Assembly (NCBI GenBank): GCA_965248055.1
Contig: CBDFIJ010000004.1
Span: forward strand, 1,664,001 to 1,728,000
Reading direction: 5' to 3'
DNA from: Candidatus Multivoradales bacterium
GTDB lineage: Bacteria > Acidobacteriota > Thermoanaerobaculia > Multivoradales > JAHEKO01
Length of the DNA: 64,000 bases
Below the pieces are notes generated by a model that was given only the letters and a program-made list of their open reading frames with translations, did not search any database and was not told where the DNA came from. Made by a program: the position numbers and the translations under genes. Within the stretch, counting starts at the first letter, position 1. The number at the start of each line of letters is the position of its first letter. Positions 58,850 to 64,000 of the stretch are shown here, piece after piece.

Positions 58850-60341
58850 TCTGCCCGCGTTTCCACTCCAACTGCAGTGCAATCGGCAACCGGAATGGCG
58901 GCAATTTCCTTGCGCGATCATTGACCATGACAAGCCGCAAGGCTGCCTGCTTTGGGTCAATGAAAAGGCTCGAGAGAAAAGAATCCTGCCGGGGATGCGC
59001 TATGCCTCAGCACTGGCGCTGAGCAAAGAACTCCGCGCCACAGAAATGGCTGCAGCTCAGGTCGAGCAGGCGATTGAACAACTATCCGAAGAAACACTAG
59101 CGGCATTCTCGCCGCGCGTCGAGATTTCAGAAAAAGAACCTGGGATCTTTTGGTTGGATCTTGCCGGCTTGGAGCGACTGTTCCCCGACTTGGAACATTG
59201 GGGTCAACGATTGCAGCGGCGCTTACAAAGCGCAGGCTATGTCGGCCGTATCGTTATCGGCTGGGATCGCTTTTGCACCTACGCACTGGCGAAGCAAGCG
59301 GGTAGGCAAAGCTCTGGTCACCAATTGCGGGTTGGCTCCTCTCCAGAGCAAGAAAGACAAGATGCCTCACAGGTACCACTAGCTCGCTTGCACCTCGACC
59401 CAAAGATCCGCGAAGCACTCAACGACTTGGGAGTCAGGACGGTCGGTGAGTTCATCACTCTGCCCCGACAAGGGATCGACCGTCGCTTTGGCACATCGGT
59501 CAGGAAACTCCATGAGTTAGCCTGTGGCGAACGAGAACCCCCTCTACAAGCCCATGTCCTCACCGAAGAGGTCTCGGAAGGGGTCTTCTTGGAGCAATCG
59601 ATTGTCGACCTAGAGCGATTGCTGCGATGGATTGAGTCGCTTCTCACGATGGGGCTAAAGACCATCCAAAGCCGGGGGGAATGCGCGCAAGCCCTGACTC
59701 TCGAACTGTGCTCGGAAAATGGTTCTGTTGCAACCCAACAACTCCGACCAGCCGAACCGACCAACGACCTGGGTCAATGGCTAGAACTGGTGCGATTGCG
59801 CCTAGAGTCGCAATCGATCGACAACGTTCAAGAGTTGCGAGTGGCGATCAACGGGCGGTGCGTGTCACCGGGTCAAATGGAGTTATTTGCCCGTGCTCCC
59901 CGACGCGACCTTGCGGCGGCCAATCGTGCTTTGGCTCGCATTCGGGCAGAACTGGGAGATCACCGTGTCTGTCAAGCCGAGATCCAAGATGGACATCTAC
60001 CGGAAGCTCGCTTTACTTGGCAGCCGGCAGGAAAACTGAGCGCCGCGCAACCTCCTTCTTTAGGCCAAGCGACCCTGGTTCGCCGCTTGTTCCATCGACC
60101 CAAAGCCTTGCCGCCTCGGACGCGACGAGAACCCGACGGCTGGTTGATGCGCGGCCTGGGCGATAGTTTGGCCGATAGCCCGGTGGATCGGGTGCGCGGT
60201 CCTTTCATCATTGCTGGAGGTTGGTGGCGTCGATTGGTTCATCGCGAATACCACTTCGCGGAAACCCGTAACGGCGAGTTGCTATGGACTTATTACGACC
60301 GTGTCCGTCGTCGTTGGTTTCTGCACGGACGCGTGGAGTAA
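58827..60341 (+). CDS. imuB: ImuB Y-family polymerase-like protein
   Basis: A...I.PGM, FSP.VE, clamp-binding QMELF, and C-terminal GP..I.GGWW..REY..WFLHG. Confidence 0.9.
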   Translation: MDRLACLDLPAFPLQLQCNRQPEWRQFPCAIIDHDKPQGCLLWVNEKAREKRILPGMRYASALALSKELRATEMAAAQVEQAIEQLSEETLAAFSPRVEISEKEPGIFWLDLAGLERLFPDLEHWGQRLQRRLQSAGYVGRIVIGWDRFCTYALAKQAGRQSSGHQLRVGSSPEQERQDASQVPLARLHLDPKIREALNDLGVRTVGEFITLPRQGIDRRFGTSVRKLHELACGEREPPLQAHVLTEEVSEGVFLEQSIVDLERLLRWIESLLTMGLKTIQSRGECAQALTLELCSENGSVATQQLRPAEPTNDLGQWLELVRLRLESQSIDNVQELRVAINGRCVSPGQMELFARAPRRDLAAANRALARIRAELGDHRVCQAEIQDGHLPEARFTWQPAGKLSAAQPPSLGQATLVRRLFHRPKALPPRTRREPDGWLMRGLGDSLADSPVDRVRGPFIIAGGWWRRLVHREYHFAETRNGELLWTYYDRVRRRWFLHGRVE

Positions 60342-60359
60342 CAAGTACAGCTAGAACCC

Positions 60360-63300
60360 ATGAGCTATGCCAACCTTTGGACCAAGAGCAATTTCTCGTT
60401 TTTGGAAGGAGCGAGCCACCCCGAAGAGCTGATCGAAACCGCCGATCGCTTGGGGATTTCAGCGCTAGCTTTGACCGACCGCGACGGCGTCTATGGCGTG
60501 GTTGAAGCCCACACTGCGGCCCGGCGCCTTGGGATTCAACTCATTTTGGGCTCCGAGATCACCATCAGCGACAGCACCACTTTGGTGCTTCTGGCACAGA
60601 CCCAGGAAGGCTACGCCAACCTGTGCCGATTGATCTCCTCCGGTCGACTGCGTTGTGAAAAAGGATCGAGTCAAGTCGATTGGGGTGATGTCTGCGATCA
60701 CGCCAACGGATTGATCGGTCTCTGGGGTGGGGAAAGAAGTCTCTTGACCAGCAAGGTGAATCCCTTTTTCGTCGCCAACCGGTTGCGCGAAGCTTTCGAC
60801 GACCGACTCTATGCATTGGTTACTCGTCACCGACGGGTCGAGGAATCTGAGCAAGAACGGCTACTCCGACGCCGAGCCAAACGCTATCGCCTGCCACTGA
60901 TAGCCGGGGTCGAAGTTCTCTACCATCGTGCCAGTCGCAAACCATTGCAGGATGTCTTGACCGTTCTGCGTCACAAGACCACCTTGCCCCAGGCGGGTAG
61001 GCGGATCAAAGCCAACGCTGAACACGCGCTCGCCACCTTTCCGGCATTCCAAGACCTATTTACTGACGATCCTGCAGCCGTCGCCCGGACTTTAGAGGTT
61101 GCCCAACGATGCCCTTTTTCTCTCGGTGAAATCCGTTACCGCTATCCAGCAGAAGATCTCCCTGACGGGCAAACCAGTACCAGTTGGCTGCGGCACCTGA
61201 CCTTTGATGGCGCCAAGGGACGTTATCAGGGCGAGGTGCCGACAGCAGTCACCACCCAGCTCGACAAGGAATTGGCGTTGATCGAGGAACTGGATTACGG
61301 CGGCTACTTTTTGACCATGTGGGAGATCGTTCAGTTTTGTCGGCGCCAGGAAATTCTCTGCCAGGGGCGTGGTTCAGCCGCCAACTCGGCGGTTTGCTAT
61401 TGCCTGGGAATTACCGCGGTGGATCCGATTCGATTGGGGCTGCTGTTTGAGCGCTTCCTGTCGCGCGAACGAGCCGAGCCGCCCGACATTGACCTCGACA
61501 TCGAACACAACCGCCGCGAAAAGGTGATCCAGTTTGTCTACGCCAAGTACGGTCGAGAATACGCGGCGATGGTCGCCAATGTGGTGCGCTACCGCACCCG
61601 TTCGGCGGTCAGAGACGTCGGCAAAGCACTGGGGATTCCGGCAACCGAACTCGATCGACTGGCCAAGATCTTGCCCCATTACGGCGGGGTCGAAGCGGAT
61701 GCTTTTCGTCAATCGGGCTTCGATCCCCAAGCACCCACCTATGGCCATCTGTTGCGACTGACCCAAGAGATCCAAGACTTTCCCCGCCATCTGTCAATTC
61801 ATCCGGGAGGCTTCCTACTCGGCTATAAACCCGTGGCAACCCTGGTGCCGATTGAGAACGCCACCATGGAGAACCGCACCGTGATTCAGTGGGATAAGGA
61901 GTCTCTGGAAGAGCTGGGGTTGTTCAAAATCGATCTTTTGGGACTGGGGGCGTTGTATCAGTTGCACCTGGGTTTTGACCTGTTGCGCGAGGCCAAAGGT
62001 GAGCAATGGTCGATGGCCTCTATTCCATCTGATGACCCAGAAACCTTCGCCATGATCCAACAAGCTGACACTGTCGGCACCTTCCAGATCGAAAGTCGAG
62101 CACAGATGTCGATGCTGCCGCGCTTGAAGCCCAAGAACTACTACGACTTGGTGGTCGAGGTCTCGATCGTGCGACCGGGGCCGATCACCGGCGGCATGGT
62201 GCACCCTTATCTCAGGCGGCGTAACGGTGAAGAAGAGATCACCTATCCCCATCCATCTTTGGAGCCGGTCCTAAAAAAGACACTGGGCATACCACTGTTC
62301 CAGGAACAGGTGATCCGCTTAGCGATGGTGGCGGCCGACTACACCCCAGGTGAAGCGGATCAGTTACGCCGCGACATGGCTGCTTGGCGCCGCTCTGGAC
62401 GCATCGAACGTCATCGAGAACGGCTGATTCGGCGCATGACCGCCAAGGGCATCACCCTGGAATTTGCCGAGCGTGTTTTTGAGCAAATTCGCGGCTTTGG
62501 TGAGTATGGATTTCCGGAAAGTCACGCCGCCAGTTTCGCCCTAATCGCCTACGCCACCGCCTGGATGAAGTGTCACCACCCCGAGGTTTTTCTTTGCTCC
62601 ATCCTCAATGCCCAGCCGATGGGGTTTTACTCCCCAGCAACCTTGATTGAGGACGCCAAGCGTCATGGGGTTGAGGTCCTTCCTCTAGATGTTCTCTACA
62701 GCAAGTGGGACTGCACCCTGGAAGTCAACCCAGGAAAAGCGCATTCAGTGCGCATGGGAATGCGTTACGTCAAAGGTCTGCGCCAGGAGACTTGGCGGCA
62801 GGTTCAAGAGGTGGTTGATCAAAACCAACTTTTCGACTCTTTGGAGACTCTCATTCATGCAGCGGATCTGAATGAAGCCACCGTGGTTCGCCTCGCCAAG
62901 GCCGGAGCCTTTCAAACTTTGGAGAACCAAAGACGCTTAGCTCTTTGGCGGGGCCGGGGCGCCGCCCGCAGCGTGGTGATGGAGCTGCCCTTAATCGATC
63001 GTGAGCAGCCAGCTCAGCTGCAACCTTTGGATGCCTTCAGTGAAATCGGCTGGGACTATGCCACCAGTCGCCACAGCGCTCGGGGTCACCCGCTCAAGCC
63101 ATTACGCGGTGCTTTGGCCAAAGCCGGCTTGCCGCAGGCCAGTGATCTCAACCTCAAGGCGGACAAAGAACGGGTGCAATACGCCGGCATGGTGATTTGC
63201 CGCCAGCGTCCAGGGACCGCATCGGGGGTGTTGTTTATGACCCTGGAAGACGAATCCGGCTTCGTCAACGTTGTGGTCTGGGCCAAGACCTTTGAGCAAT

Positions 63301-63449
63301 TCGCCTTGTTGATCAAAACCACTTCTTTCCTGGGGGTTAAGGGACGACTACAAAAGCAAGATGGTGTAGTTCATCTGATTGCCGATGAATTCTGGCAACC
63401 GGATCTCGAGGCTCGCCCGGCCTCCGGCGGTAGCCATGATTTTCATTAG
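60360..63449 (+). CDS. dnaE2: Error-prone DNA polymerase DnaE2
   Basis: SNFSFLEGASHPEEL, GRGSAANS, EPPDIDLD, YGFPESHA, RQRPGTA and C-terminal SHDFH. Confidence 0.96.
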   Translation: MSYANLWTKSNFSFLEGASHPEELIETADRLGISALALTDRDGVYGVVEAHTAARRLGIQLILGSEITISDSTTLVLLAQTQEGYANLCRLISSGRLRCEKGSSQVDWGDVCDHANGLIGLWGGERSLLTSKVNPFFVANRLREAFDDRLYALVTRHRRVEESEQERLLRRRAKRYRLPLIAGVEVLYHRASRKPLQDVLTVLRHKTTLPQAGRRIKANAEHALATFPAFQDLFTDDPAAVARTLEVAQRCPFSLGEIRYRYPAEDLPDGQTSTSWLRHLTFDGAKGRYQGEVPTAVTTQLDKELALIEELDYGGYFLTMWEIVQFCRRQEILCQGRGSAANSAVCYCLGITAVDPIRLGLLFERFLSRERAEPPDIDLDIEHNRREKVIQFVYAKYGREYAAMVANVVRYRTRSAVRDVGKALGIPATELDRLAKILPHYGGVEADAFRQSGFDPQAPTYGHLLRLTQEIQDFPRHLSIHPGGFLLGYKPVATLVPIENATMENRTVIQWDKESLEELGLFKIDLLGLGALYQLHLGFDLLREAKGEQWSMASIPSDDPETFAMIQQADTVGTFQIESRAQMSMLPRLKPKNYYDLVVEVSIVRPGPITGGMVHPYLRRRNGEEEITYPHPSLEPVLKKTLGIPLFQEQVIRLAMVAADYTPGEADQLRRDMAAWRRSGRIERHRERLIRRMTAKGITLEFAERVFEQIRGFGEYGFPESHAASFALIAYATAWMKCHHPEVFLCSILNAQPMGFYSPATLIEDAKRHGVEVLPLDVLYSKWDCTLEVNPGKAHSVRMGMRYVKGLRQETWRQVQEVVDQNQLFDSLETLIHAADLNEATVVRLAKAGAFQTLENQRRLALWRGRGAARSVVMELPLIDREQPAQLQPLDAFSEIGWDYATSRHSARGHPLKPLRGALAKAGLPQASDLNLKADKERVQYAGMVICRQRPGTASGVLFMTLEDESGFVNVVVWAKTFEQFALLIKTTSFLGVKGRLQKQDGVVHLIADEFWQPDLEARPASGGSHDFH

Positions 63450-63519
63450 GGAACAGTAGTCAGTTGCCAGTGGGTAGTGAACTGGTCCGGAGATCGCAGC
63501 GAGGCCCGCCGCTCACCCA

Positions 63520-64000
63520 TCAGGGTGCCGGTTCGATCTTGCCCACCTTGATCTCGCCACTCAGCGTTGGCACGCCTCTCTGCATCACGAGCCTGAAAGA
63601 ACCTTCGCGCGCGCCGCGGTCGCCAATTTGCGCGCTATGAAATTCAGCTGAAATCTCTCCCGGGGCAAGTTCAATATCCTGTTCGTAGACCGGCTGAAAG
63701 AACAGGGTTCCGAGCGGCGGCCCGACCTGGAAAGCGTAGGTACTGGTGCCGACGCCAATCACCAGCGGCTCGGTGCCCAGATTGGTCAGTGCCACTTCGA
63801 GCACACGCCCATCGGTGTTGTCCGGTACGCGAAAATCGAAAGCAATAACTCCCCTTTGATAGGCCAAGGCAACGTTCAAACGCTTGGCCGCCGGTTGTGG
63901 CGAGGGGGCGGTTTGAGCCGGCGCTGATCGCGGCGTCTCCACCCCGGTACCAACTAGCATCGTCTCGAACGAATACTCTGCCGAATTCTGGCTGCGCGAG
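63520..64000 (-). CDS. Hypothetical protein, probably 5'-truncated by the window edge
   Basis: The frame of ORF 63520-63960 stays open up to the window end. Confidence 0.5.
   Translation of the reverse strand, partial: SRSQNSAEYSFETMLVGTGVETPRSAPAQTAPSPQPAAKRLNVALAYQRGVIAFDFRVPDNTDGRVLEVALTNLGTEPLVIGVGTSTYAFQVGPPLGTLFFQPVYEQDIELAPGEISAEFHSAQIGDRGAREGSFRLVMQRGVPTLSGEIKVGKIEPAP

Noticed and set aside
63454-63481. Degenerate heptamer run CAGTAGT-CAGTTGC-CAGTGGG-TAGTGAA
   Set aside because: Only four loose units, too weak to call.
1-64000. CRISPR array, rRNA, transposase or integrase
   Set aside because: No regularly spaced repeats, rRNA-like tracts or recombinase motifs were seen.

Overview
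64 kb of bacterial chromosome. The gene families suggest Acidobacteriota (inference): three acidobacterial VWA proteins, CRTAC1/ASPIC-UnbV plus TPR pairs, an Oar-like TonB-dependent receptor and a sulfatase-TPR fusion. In order, the window holds: a cell-envelope locus (1-20.2 kb); a Zn-protease/M64/OsmC/methyltransferase operon with an internal partial duplication; an A1-type cytochrome c oxidase operon; an E. coli-like aroF-trpEGD(CF)BA operon with a Trp leader peptide and attenuator; an FGE-domain gene between identical palindromes, next to a decayed second attenuator copy; a propeller-barrel surface protein; tRNA-Ser(UGA); carbamoyltransferase-sxtJ-sxtK-like genes; mscS; arsR-micropeptide-DUF4407; a standalone nuclease-STAND-helical repeat protein; an intein-containing PA0069 radical SAM gene; and lexA-imuA-imuB-dnaE2. 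Three genes carry single-base frameshifts that are probably sequencing errors. The strongest leads are the oxidase with a hydrophobically substituted K-channel, the palindrome-flanked cassette in the trp control region, the Avs-like protein and the ArsR-coupled Cys-Cys micropeptide. All family calls come from motif recognition by eye; no database search was run.
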